A stretch of 64,000 nt of DNA from Paragordius varius (lineage: Eukaryota > Animalia > Nematomorpha), in contig OZ176057.1 in assembly GCA_964247055.1 (NCBI GenBank), forward strand, positions 2,852,001 to 2,916,000. The letters run 5' to 3'. This document shows positions 1 through 11,607 of the stretch, in pieces. Within the stretch, counting starts at the first letter, position 1; every line of letters starts with the position of its first letter. The position numbers were made by a program, and so were the translations under genes. The notes under the pieces were generated by a model, which saw only the letters and a program-made list of their open reading frames with translations, was not told the DNA's origin and searched no databases.

Positions 1-3000
1 TTATAATAAAAATGTTGCGCATACTTTATAAATGTTTAACTTCATGAATAAATTATATAAAAATGCTTCTTTTTATAAATAAATGGTTAATGTTTTATTT
101 TTCAGATCCTTTTAGCACTTTTTAACCTATACTTTTATTAATATGTTCTTAAATGTTTTCAGATGTCTTACGTAAAAAATGTGATTTAGATTTAGTGTTT
201 ATCATTGAACGATATTTGGTACCAGTATTGCGATGTTAAACACATAGGAAAGACGTAAGCCATGAATACGTCTATCCACGTATATGAAAGCAGACCCCAG
301 GCTAACTCTCAAAAAGGATGTTAAATTATATTCAGAAAAAAAAATTTGTGATAATAAGTAAAAAAATGTTTGATATATTTAGTTCTGCAACCCTGAACTA
401 ACCCATGTCATATAAAATTTTAAAAATGCTCGACATGAGATGATTTTTCGATGTTTGAATAAAGCCCTAGTTTTTAAATCTTTATTGACTTAAGTTTGGC
501 TAATTCTTCAATAAACTCACAGTTTTTGGGTAATGGAAACGTCATAATGAATGCAAAAATAGTAAATATAAAAATCATAATTTACTTTTACCAATTTTTT
601 ATCATCATTATATTCATATATATTAAATTTTAATCGAAATATTTATTTTAAATAAATTATTAAAAGTTCATGAGCGAATATAGTGACCAATGTCTTTTTC
701 CCTATCAGAGTGATTATTGGTAGAAATGGTTAGGGTTCACTTTTCATGTTAGAACGACTAAATTATATCCAGGTATGAAATAGCTTTCACAATCCAAAAT
801 TTTTTTAAAAAAACACATACAATATAAAGTAATCCAGTTAAAATTAACTGATATTATAAGAAATACTGAAATTTGATATGGTCAAATTTTCCTCCATTAT
901 TACTAACTAAAAATTATTCTGTAGTCGCCCATTCAATAAAATACATTTCTGTAGCTCATAGAAATTATTTTTAATTCCTCAATTCAAAAATTTGTTAACT
1001 TAGCTTAAATATTACCACATTTTTGTTACTCGAGTATTAATGTATAGTTTGGCCTTTTAAGCTGCATACTACAATTATTTTTTACAAAATATTTTTTATT
1101 TTTTAGTGTATAATATATTAGAAGGATTGAGTTTCCATATAAATAACCACATTTTGTAAATTATGCAATTATATTCGTGAACTGGGTAAAATATTCATAT
1201 ATTGGCATCTTAGAAGCTGACCTATATCTCAAAACAAAATACCACCCCTATTACAAAAACTAGAAATAATTATATTATTATACAGTAAATAAAATTATAC
1301 AGACAAATAATTAGAGACCAATTTTTTGTAAAGAACATGCCTTTTTAAACTCGAATGATTTATCTAAATTATATACCGTTTTGTGTTCGATAAACATGTA
1401 AATTGGTACCACACCAATTATAAATTTGAAACTGTAATTATATAGTTTATATAAGAAAAATCAAGAGTGTAATTGTCCTTTTTAAAAATCTCAGCAATTA
1501 ATTTTTTATGTTGCCGACGAATCTTTATGGTAACGTTTTACCAATTCATGTTTGGGGTAGCTTTATACCCCTGAGCCATTTAAAATTTAAACATCTTAAA
1601 AATTATTTTTAGCATTGAGCTAAATTAAAAGATATGCTTTATTTAGCCTTTAGGCCTGATAAAAATATTTTAAAACAACTGGATAATTATCTTCTTAACT
1701 TTTCCGTCGCCATTTTCTTTCTTTAATTCGCTTGTGTAAACAGGCATATAAATCTATATAAAAATAATAACTACCAGAAATTTTTTTATATGTTTATTGT
1801 AATTTCATTTGGCCTTGGAGTATCTTATGAGACACTAGATGTTAACAAATTGTAAAAATTTGGAGTGTTATGTCCCATACAGGAGAAGAGAGTTTGATAA
1901 GTTAATTTAACTAAAAACAACTTTCTAAACAATAGTTGGTTTATAATTTATGCTCTGGGATAGAAAACTAACCCATAATGTCATTGCGTACAAAATAGAA
2001 AACGTAATGAAGTGTTTAAGAAGCTAATAAAAAATATTTTTTGTCATAGTTAACGGAAAATAACATATTTTAAATTAAGAAACTTAAAAAACTCGGAAAT
2101 AGCAAACAATTATGGAAACAATATTCCAGCATGTATTTTTAAATATAACCATGATTTGTTGTTATTTAATAATGATTAGATTTGTGACGGTTTTTAACAT
2201 CGATACTATTTTGATTATCAAAATTTTACACATGAGTGCCAATGATATTTATTGCAAATATTAATTTCTTTTGAGGCATACGGATAACTTTTAACCAAAA
2301 ACTGTTTCTTTTTGGATACAAAAACCATTTTATATTAAAAGTCAATGATAAAAAATAGCATTTATTTTGTTTAAGAAGCCAAGAAAGTCAACCAATATTT
2401 GTTTTATTAAATACATCCTTCCCAAGTTTTCAGGCTTTGACCTTTTTAAATTTTTTAGTGTTTCTCTTATTATGCAAATATTTCTGGAAAGGTTAAAGGA
2501 TTTTTAGGGTTTTACGATAATGGCTCAATCACATCCTAATATATATACTTATGTTGAAAATTTTGAGTATAATTAACACAAAAAGTAACATATGTATTTG
2601 ATTGTGGACAAAAAATTATTTTTTATTAAAATAAAATTTTTCGGAGTTTTTGTCATTTTCGCTCATATGTCCTTCCATGATTTATCGAATAAAGCTAATT
2701 AGACTCACGTTAAAATTCAATCCAAAAGATAGATAAAAAACCGCTACATCTCCTACCAATTTAAAAAATATTTTAAAACTTTTTTAATCAGAATTTTTGA
2801 AATTACCTATACCTACTTTTTCGAACCGTATTGTAGCTAAAACTTTATCCAATTTTAATGCAAATATCAACTCAAATTTCACAAAATAAATTTTCCAACC
2901 ATATTAACATATTTCCAATCAAATTTGATCCAAAACACATTTAGATTTACTAATTAAACTACTAAGAATTTTAATTTTTAATCAAAATTTATTTAGAGTA

Positions 3001-3819
3001 GAATTATAATTTAATAATAGTGGGGATTTAAATGGGATATCCGATATGCATCTTAATTCAAATATAATAATAAAAGATTAGTAAATATAAGTATATTCAT
3101 AAAAGATAATTTATTATTTTATGAAGTTTAAAAAGATAACTGATGTTAAATGAAATTAAGTTTTAATTTTGCTTGGAAATTTAATGTTGAGTCTAAGTAT
3201 GAAAATGTGTAAAGTTTGAACAAAACAAATTGATAACCTAAAGGCACAAGAGTTTTTATTATCAGTAGCAGGATATGCATTTTTGTTATGACATTGTATA
3301 GAAATTAGGTTATCTCTATATTTTTGCAAAATGTCGTAAAATACAATTTTAGAATTATGGATTTCTTATATAATTTTAAGATCATTTGCTTGTTCTATAC
3401 CAGAAACTGACGTGTAAAACGAATTCAGTTTTATTACTTAATTGAAACGATATTATGGAAGCAAAAACAAATATCTAAAATATTTCCCATACAAAGACAC
3501 ACACACACACACACCTGAAGAAAGAAGAAATATATCCTGTTTTACATAGGGGTCATATTAAATATATAGGGTTTTATACAAAAAAATAATTGGTATCATA
3601 GAAATTATACTTTGACATTTAGTAACAAAATTTATATATATGTATATGCTAAAACCAGAATAAAGATACTCAGTATTATTACCTATATTAGCTAGAGGGC
3701 CTAAAACGCATCCTTCTAATATAATATTTAAATCAAATTTTTTTATATATATAATTTTTTTATAATTTTTTTTAATCATAAAAAGACAAATATTGTTTTA
3801 CAATTTTTATTTATCACTC

Positions 3820-3865
3820 ATGATTTTGATAGCCTTATTCCTAGCCCTTAGTAGATTCGTTTCAA
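3820..3865 (+). CDS. Gene 1 exon 1: signal-peptide-like MILIALFLALSRFVS, phase-1 donor
   Basis: ATG ATT TTG ATA GCC ... GTT TCA A|gtttat. Hydrophobic core, followed by an 83-nt intron. Same ATG ATT start and GTT TCA R|gttt end as gene 3 exon 1. Confidence 0.75.
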
Positions 3866-3948
3866 GTTTATCTTCTTAATTTTTTATAAATTAACGAATT
3901 TATAAACATTTTGTTGAGTAACCCTATATCAATTTTTTTAATACATAG

Positions 3949-3975
3949 AAGCCGAAGGGTATGCGGTAGCTCCAG
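3949..3975 (+). CDS. Gene 1 microexon (27 nt): (K)AEGYAVAP
   Basis: tttttaatacatag|AAGCC...CTCCAG|gtaaaa. GC island, symmetric phase 1, open frame. Confidence 0.8.
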
Positions 3976-4171
3976 GTAAAATATATATTATCTGCCGTTT
4001 TATTAGTTAAGATATTGGTGATTATTTTTTAATTTAAAAAAAATTAAATTTGATTTATAAATGGATTCTATTAACCATATTAATTATTGATTTAATAAGA
4101 CTAACTAAGGGGGCAAGTTGTTAATTTAAAAAAACATTCATATCTGTTTTCAAATTCAATAGAGTAAGTCG

Positions 4172-4173
<2 letters not shown>

Positions 4174-4225
<52 letters not shown>
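4174..4225. repeat. (TA)n microsatellite (others at ~4301-4328, 18938-18968, 37652-37713)
   Basis: Direct reading; these explain the YIYIYI ORFs in the track. Confidence 0.95.
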
Positions 4226-4228
<3 letters not shown>

Positions 4229-4298
4229 GAAAAAGGGTCAAAATTATAAAAATCTTATATTGATTATTTTTTGGAGATTTAAAACAAAAATAATTTTG

Positions 4299-4333
<35 letters not shown>

Positions 4334-4849
4334 AGCAAAGTAATTTTCAAAATTTTGTAAAGAAACGCTCCGGTTTTATGAATTGGATGAAAAATAAAGC
4401 GGGGGGGCCAATTTTTTTAAATTAATGTTTAATATAAAAATAGTTTTTCGTATACATTTTTGCACTAAATTTTGCGATATTTTTTTAAAGAATTTATAGC
4501 AGATCCCAAAACAGCTAAATTTGTTAAGTTGCAATTATCGAAAAACTTAAACAGGCACTTATATTTCTTCACGTATCTAGTTTATAAAAAAATAGATATG
4601 TTTTTTAAACAGATTTTATTTAGAACCGTGTAATTATCGTGAAAAGTATTAGCTTTTTTTTCAATTTTTTACAATCATTTAACATTTTTTAAATACTAAT
4701 ATAGTGATTGGATTTGGCAATTTATTTTATTTTGAGTTCATCTAAAACCATTCTCTACCTAACCCCTAGTTAAATATTATTAGATACTTAGAAAGCTAAA
4801 AGTTTTATCTACAACTTAAACCAACGATTATTATTTATTATATTTTTAG

Positions 4850-4897
4850 GATGCTGGCCTGTGTGTGTGCCAGCTCAGCCCCCTACTGTCAAGCCAG
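4850..4897 (+). CDS. Gene 1 exon (48 nt): (G)CWPVCVPAQPPTVKP
   Basis: tatttttag|GATGC...AAGCCAG|gttatt. Symmetric phase 1, C-x3-C plus Pro-rich tail. Confidence 0.85.
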
Positions 4898-4981
4898 GTT
4901 ATTACTTTTACAATTTTATAGTGCTTTCTTATGGCAAATATATATATTTTAAATTAAAAAAAAAATTTATCAGGATTCTAG

Positions 4982-5203
4982 GGTGCTTTTATTTTCGGTG
5001 CCTGCGAGAGCCTTTAATAAAGTATTCCAAACTATTCGAAAAAAATCATATGTGAATCAAGAGCCAACATATGTTAAATTAAACGGCAATTAGAAATAAA
5101 GTATAAAGTTCTTAAAATTAACTTGTTACCAGCAAAAATCGTGGTCTAATACCTAAATTGCGAAAAAACGCATGCTTCAAATGTAAAATATGTTTACAAT
5201 CAT
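4982..5203 (+). CDS. Candidate exon pair 4982-5021 (GCFYFRCLREPLI) and 5133-5203 (KNRGLIPKLRKNACFKCKICLQS), jointly frame-preserving
   Basis: 40 nt (phase 1 to 2) plus 71 nt (phase 2 to 1) = 111 nt. Donors gtattc and gtatga, Cys-rich. Alternative boundaries exist. Confidence 0.35.
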
Positions 5204-7682
5204 GTATGACATATAAGCAGTTTATCATTTAAAAATATTTAATTTTAATTATTAATTAAATAACCCTTAAAAGACAGTGTAAAACCTTTACTTGGTATTA
5301 ACTAATTTTAGTAGAGTCCTAAAGTTTTTTCTAATATAATGAATCCCAAATTATAAAACACAGAATAACTTAATTATGACTTCAAAAACTTTTTTATATA
5401 ATATTAATTTACGTTTAGCCCCAAAAACTATATTTTTATTAATATTTTTTTTAAGGGATAAAAACTATGATCCCAAAAAATATTTGAAAAACAGCCACAT
5501 GATATAAAATTTTCAACTTTCCAGGTTTTGGCAAAGATTTATATATAATTGGGTTAAAAAATAATTATATTCTATTTGCCTACTTAATATTTTAACTATA
5601 CAATTATATTTATCCATATGTTTTTATGCGATCGGACGAATTTTCTGGAAATACGGCCCGCGCAGCCCACCCCTGATTAGGCATATAATATAGCATATTT
5701 TTTTCAAAGTTTTTATGTAATTTACAATTAAAAGCACCAGAGAACGTTTTTATATGCCTGTGTCAGATTTAATTACATCACACAATTAATAATGTGTTAT
5801 CTTTTTAATTCTTAACTATTAATTGAAAAATTTATTAATTGGAGAAAACAAATCGTGTTAATTTGCGTCTATACGAACGTATCATATTATATTTTAATTT
5901 AATCAAAAGGAAACAATGACATTTCATAATACTACCTTAGAAATGTTATGTATATATACACTGTGTGCATTTAACTTCAATTTTTTTTATAAGATAGCTT
6001 ATGACCAGTGAATTTTGCCGCCAAAATTAATATTAGTTGGCAATTTATTTTTGGAGTAATAAGAGAAAATAGAAATTGGGCAGGAAGTAAAGAAGATTAA
6101 TTAAGGGTAATTAAAAATATGATAAGACTTGAGAAATAATGATTTATTATCATTTTAGCAGATATTTACAATATATAAATAACCTAAATTCACATATTTA
6201 GGGTTTTTTAAAAAATTCAAATCTAATCTATTAACCTACGTAAAAGACAAAAAAATTTTAGGAAATCATATTTTGTTTAATTATTTACAAGCCATCATTA
6301 TTAAAACCATATTCATATTTTATTCAGTAAAAAAACTTGTAATTTTCTATAAAAATTTTTTAATGAAAACTTAATGCATCATTCTAAAATTATTATTAAT
6401 GTATCACATACCATATTATGAAAAGGACATGACAAAGCATTAAAATTTTGGTCCCTTTAAAAATAGGCTGGTTTTCTTAAAATAAACGCAAAAATCCCGA
6501 GAATTAAAGAACTTCCGATATATATAGTTTCCAAAAAACAACTACCTGGTTCGAAAAAACGATAGTAATTTGCATTGATCTGCAAAACAGTTAAAACTTC
6601 ATTTTTGAATTCAAATAGACGCCGTAGCATATTCCCCTTAGACTTAATAATTTATTAAATAAATTAACTAGTACTATTAAATAATATGTTTATTAACATA
6701 AATTTAAGATCACATCTAATCGTTCGCGCCCCCTCCCAACCCCTAAAATTTTTTTGGTTTCCCTTTTGAAAAACCAGTGTTCTTGCACATCATATTTAAA
6801 ATTATTATCGTATTTCCTTTGTGATGTGATAGAATGGGAAATTTATCGGAGCTCAGAATTTATGTTAATATTTAATAAAATTATTTTAATATGGTTAATA
6901 ATTTAAAAATTTTCTAATATTTTATCAAAAAGATGATTAAAATATCCTCAGAAGCAATCCTTTATTTATTATATAAAAAGATGGCGTTTTCCGCCTTCTC
7001 ATAAAAGATTTGTTATTTTTTATTCAAATCTTACACCAAAGTCCAAATTATTAGGACTTTCTGAAAAGAATGTAAAACTCCTTTGATTTTAGTATAATCT
7101 TATGATACATTTTAACAAATAAAATTTAGTAGACACCGTTTCAACAATTACATTTTTGGATATTGTTTACGCTGAAGTGTGATTGTATTACTATATATGG
7201 AATAATTCAGCAAAAATTATATAAATTTATTATGATATAATATTTCTATTACTACAAGTAATCTTTTCTTATTAACAATACACACATGTTTTTTTAGTTT
7301 CATATCTCATTAAATATTTTTTACTTTAAAATTTAAATTTTAGTTTATATTTAATTTTATTTTTACGTTTGACAAAGATTACTTGTAGTAATCGAAATAT
7401 TATATTATAATAAATTTATATAATTTTTGCTGAATTATTCCATATATAATAATTACATTTTTATTAAAGATAAATGTACGATAAAAAGGGCATTTTTGAT
7501 TTTACTAATACTAAAATGATTTAAACTTTTTAAGCATTTAAACGGCATTTATAATTTCTATATCGAATGTTATACGATTCGATAATATCTGTTTGGCGCC
7601 TACCGTGCAATAAAAAATGTTACACAGACACAACTATAAACTATATTAGTTACAAAAATATATGATAATATATTAAATTTAG

Positions 7683-7760
7683 CATGTCCGAATTCTAGAT
7701 GCAACAGCCAATGCTCTATTAAAGTCCTTATAGATGAATGTGAACAATGTGTTTGTCCCG
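7683..7760 (+). CDS. Gene 1 exon (78 nt): antistasin-like 6-Cys module, copy 1, CPNSRCNSQCSIKVLIDECEQCVCP
   Basis: aaatttag|CATGT...TGTCCCG|gtaaat. Spacing C-x4-C-x3-C-x8-C-x2-C-x-C resembles the antistasin-type pattern (central loop usually ~10). Confidence 0.9.
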
Positions 7761-8379
7761 GTAAATTTATTATTTTTTGGCAAGATGCCATTTATATTGT
7801 AAAATTTTAATTAAGATATTTGATCTGTAGATAATTCATTTTATATGGAAATTTATTTAACCGCATTTTTGATTTATTTATAATTTTATATGAACTGTTT
7901 TTAGATAAATTTCAGTATATTTTATATTTAATCTCTCAAGATACGGGCATGTTTAGAAAAATAATGCATGCTTGCTTATTACCAACGGTGCTTTATAAGC
8001 TAAAAATATATATACGGTCTTTACTCCGCGTCATAGTTTATGATGTATTTTGTCTATTGCCTTTTTTACATGGGTAAACAAACTATTTTAAACTAAATAC
8101 AGTTAGGAAAATAAAAATTAGATATGAGACTAGATTATGTAAATTTAATCCATAATTAAAAAAAATAATGTAAGATAGGGAAAAAGGGGTTTAGTTTCAA
8201 GCATTTGTTGTTTTTTACCTATATGCTACTGTATTACCAATCTGGCAACATTAATATGGATCTAGCAATCGTAAATCCCGGGAGGCATTTTTTACCAAAA
8301 AAAATTATTTACCATTCATTAAATTATTTGGTAAATATAAATGAATTCTGGGCATTTACTTATCAAACTGTCGTTCCCT

Positions 8380-8830
8380 ACTATTGTTGATGCTAAGGTC
8401 GATTCCGACTAACTGCATTGTAAATATATCTTCTCCACTCAAGTCAATCAGATTCGTTTCAATGTACATTTTACACCCATATAGTAATGTGGGGAATACT
8501 ATGGCCTATTAATCTGATTTTGGTTTTTAAATCATGGGATCAAATCTGTCTGTGTTTCGTTTGGTTTTTGAGGTAGATTGTTGTCATTATTTATAATACT
8601 AGCCAAATAGGTGTAGCTGTATACGGTTTCAATCGGATTTTCGTTGAGAATTATTGAGTTGATTGTCTGAGCCGGATTGATTTGTATTACTATTGTTTTT
8701 TGTTTTAAGGTTAATTTTTAATCCGTATTTATTGCACTCGATTGTAATTATGAATTTGCGATAAGATATCGATACTGTTAACGAAAAGCTGTGTCATCAA
8801 TAAACTGAGGTGAGAAACTCACCTTCTAGA
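8380..8830 (-). mobile_element. Decayed LINE RT C-terminal fragment (copy ~12245-12690)
   Basis: Minus-strand ECNKYGLKINLKTK...NENPIETV...PTLLYGC, typical of the non-LTR RT 3' region. Confidence 0.7.
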
Positions 8831-9434
8831 ATGATGTCAGAATTTTTTGGTAAAATTTTTACTATGATCCGAGATAGGCGTTTATAATAATTAGGACCTA
8901 TTATATTATTCTTTTTTAAAAAAAAATGAAAAAAAAGGCGACAAAAAAGTATGATATGAATTTTTTTTCAATTTTACATAATTTAAATAATATTTTTTGT
9001 ATTATGCGCCTAAAAGACTAAAGAAAGCATATTTTTAAATTATGCCTAATATTTTAAATTTTAAACTACCCCAAAAGCTGATGATTGAATTAAATATGAA
9101 AAAACATTGAAAAACAATATTTTATTTATAAATCAATGTTGTAATTATACAATTTATAGTAAAAATTAATTTAGGATTAAAGTATGTTGTCTTTAAAAAA
9201 ATTTTGCTTTGTCTGTATAACTACTAATTTTATTAGATGTTTGAAATATTTCAACAATTATGTTCACTATGTAATCTTCTAACAGTTTAAGACAAACTTA
9301 CAATAATGACAACATTCTACATTAATAATATAATATTAAAATATTATTTTGCCTGACAACCTGAGTTGTTTAGGATCAAATGATGTACAGTAATGCTACC
9401 TATTAGTCCATTTATATATTTTAGTTGTCTAAGG

Positions 9435-9679
9435 CAGGGGTGCGAAACAAATGGCTTGCATTTTCGGAAATAAATCTTGCGGACCGCATGGCATTTACAA
9501 TATCTTATTAAAATTTAAACACAACTCTTTAAAAACTACTATTTATTTTAACATTTTTTGCTAGTTCATTGCCGAATTCGGGAAAAATAACAGAAAATTT
9601 GTTATAAAAATAATTTTAGATTTGAATATCATAAAATTTTATATTTTAAATTTCTTGTGCTGAAGGTTGGCCACCCCTG
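9435..9679. mobile_element. hAT-type MITE (copy 13290-13536)
   Basis: TIR CAGGGGTG/CACCCCTG with near-perfect 8-bp TSD gtctaagg/gtctaaag. Confidence 0.85.
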
Positions 9680-9783
9680 GTCTAAAGGATAATTAAATTT
9701 ACATGTCTGTTGGCATGTATGAGATACTTTACAATATACATTCTAAAATTTTTGTTATTAAAATGCTATTTCATTGCAGACAG

Positions 9784-9795
9784 ACGGCCACACTA
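9784..9795 (+). CDS. Candidate microexon (D)GHT (copy at 13641-13652)
   Basis: ttgcagacag|ACGGCCACACTA|gtagtt. GC island, but the upstream AG (9778-79) would give xRRPH-stop, so boundaries are ambiguous. Confidence 0.3.
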
Positions 9796-10101
9796 GTAGT
9801 TTTAGCATAGAATTTAGCATATTAACATGTGATAGTTAAAAATAATATAAAATGCAAAATCTTGCAAAACAATGAATAAAAATTAAACAAAGTAAGCAAA
9901 ACGGTCTTTATTAAAAAAAGTTTGTCTCTATGTTTTGTATTATCCCTTTTAATTCAAAGACAACTAAACTACTGAAATGGCTACATTATTAACTCTTTCG
10001 TTATATACTTTAACAGCAAATTTGATTTGATTTTATTCCATATGTATTTTATAAAGGGAAATCTTTTATATAAAACAATATTCTTTTATACATGTTACCA
10101 G

Positions 10102-10131
10102 CTCAACCAATGCCACCACCACAACCACCAG
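10102..10131 (+). CDS. Gene 1 Pro-rich microexon (30 nt), copy 1: (A)QPMPPPQPP
   Basis: catgttaccag|CTCAA...CCACCAG|gttttt. Symmetric; all three frames are open, and phase 1 is chosen from neighbouring exons. Confidence 0.8.
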
Positions 10132-10238
10132 GTTTTTATTTAGTTACTTTTTGTTTTTTATAAAAAAAGCACTGTAGTAAAGTATGAGTAAGTATAAATT
10201 TCTAGTTTTTTTAATTATTTCTAGAATCATATATACAG

Positions 10239-10247
10239 ATAGTGTTG
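10239..10247 (+). CDS. Candidate 9-nt microexon (D)SV (copies 14098-14106, 16048-16056)
   Basis: atatacag|ATAGTGTTG|gtgtac. A competing donor 2 nt downstream (gtacgt/gtatgt) gives 11 nt. Identical in three copies while the adjacent sequence has an indel. Confidence 0.45.
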
Positions 10248-10325
10248 GTGTACGTTAATATTATTTAAAATAAATAAAAGTGTATACTGTTTATAAATTT
10301 TTATTACACCTATTCAAACATTTAG

Positions 10326-10343
10326 TAGTATCTAAGACTCGGA
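10326..10343 (+). CDS. Candidate 18-nt microexon (V)VSKTR with NAGNAG acceptor (copies 14185-14202, 16132-16149: VVSKAR)
   Basis: catttag|TAG TATCTAAGACTCGGA|gtaaaa. Both acceptors keep frame; 78-nt upstream intron; one synonymous CGG/CGA difference among copies. Confidence 0.45.
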
Positions 10344-10641
10344 GTAAAAAGATATTTTTAAATTGCAAATAAATCAACCTTTATAATTTAATTAAGTTAC
10401 TTTAATAATATCCTCTTTTTTGTACATTTAGTAAAATAATCAGTAATGTATAGAGTTTTGCAATTATCTTTTACTGCCTTGATACGCCTGAGCTATTTAA
10501 TCAGGAAAAGTAAATTTTGGGACAAATTTTATATGAAGTTTTAGCTATGTAATTAGATGTTTGACGTAAAATATAAACATCTCAAGCTTTTCTATATCAA
10601 TTTTTTCTTTGGTTTTAAAATGTAAATAGGCTAATAAATGG

Positions 10642-11010
10642 TATACCATTTACAGTTCAAATTCACCCTTGAACAATTCAAATTCACCCTTGAACAATTC
10701 AAATTCACCCTTGAACAATTCAAATTCACCCTTGAACAATTCAAATTCACCCTAAAAATAAATTATGAAACTTCGGTCTAATATAACTCATCATAAAAAT
10801 TATATATTTTTATGGCAAAGTTTATTATTTTTTCAGTATTATTTTGATTACATACAAAAATTTTTTTATAAATATAAAAAATATAGGTAATATATAATCT
10901 TAAAAAACACATAATTTATTTTAGGGTGAATTTGAATTGTTTGAAGGTGAATTTGAATTGTTCAAGGAATTTAAATTGTTCAAGGGTGAATTTGAACTGT
11001 AAATGGTATA
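10642..11010. mobile_element. Foldback/MITE with 21-bp subterminal arrays (copies 14509-14845, ~16450-16690, ~37990-38260)
   Basis: TIR TATACCATTTACAGTTCAAATTCACCC with tandem TTCAAATTCACCCTTGAACAA units. Confidence 0.8.
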
Positions 11011-11529
11011 TTAAGAATTAATAAATAGTTTATTATAAAAAGGTTAATTATATTTAAGCAGCAAATTTGGATATTTATTGATTAAGCTTATTCAATTTTG
11101 GATTATAGAACTTATAATCTTTAAAAGATTGATACCCTTTTTATCTAATACAGATTAATGTCTCACTAAATATTTTTTACTTTAAAATTTAAATTTTAGT
11201 TTATATTTAATTTATTTTTACGTTTGACAAAGATTACTTGTAGTAATCGAAATATTATATTATAATAAATTTATATAATTTTTGCTGAATTATTCCATAT
11301 ATAATAATTACATTTTTATTAAAGATAAATGTACGATAAAAAGGGCATTTTTGATTTTACTAATAATAAAATGATTTAAACTTTTTTAGCATTTTAACGG
11401 CATTCTATATCGAATGTTATACGATTCAATAATATCTGTTTGGCGCGTACCGTGCAATAAAAAATGTTACACAGACACAACTATAAACTATATTAGTTAC
11501 AAAAATATATGATAATATATTAAATTTAG

Positions 11530-11607
11530 TATGTCCAAAACCTAGATGCAACAGCCAATGCTCTGTTAAAGTCATTGTAAGGGGATGTGTACATTGTGTT
11601 TGTCCCG
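11530..11607 (+). CDS. Gene 1 exon (78 nt): antistasin-like module, copy 2, CPKPRCNSQCSVKVIVRGCVHCVCP
   Basis: aaatttag|TATGT...TGTCCCG|gtaaat. All six Cys are kept relative to copy 1, with 13 nt differences. Confidence 0.9.

Noticed and set aside
244-300. Overlapping hairpins flanked by ATGA, considered as a SECIS
   Set aside because: Helix only 6 bp, no apical AA, and no upstream Sec-TGA ORF.
1883-3413. Weak symmetric ag/gt candidates (1883-1900, 2434-2457, 3381-3413)
   Set aside because: Poor pyrimidine tracts or donors, no motif shared with the family, and expected by chance.
4101-4301. YIYIYI ORFs (also 37537-37804)
   Set aside because: Translations of (TA)n microsatellites.
7600-7791. 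Minus-strand ORFs MASCQKIINL... (also 11426-11638)
   Set aside because: Antisense shadows of the + strand 6-Cys exons; Cys conservation and splice sites support the + reading.
10102-10131. Alternative reading STNATTTTT (mucin-like) of the Pro exon
   Set aside because: Requires phase 2, whereas neighbouring exons are phase 1 and similar CCAG-ending Pro exons occur in gene 3. Not fully excluded.
10661-10753. 21-bp repeat array considered as CRISPR
   Set aside because: Contiguous tandem units without spacers, in eukaryotic foldback TE arms.
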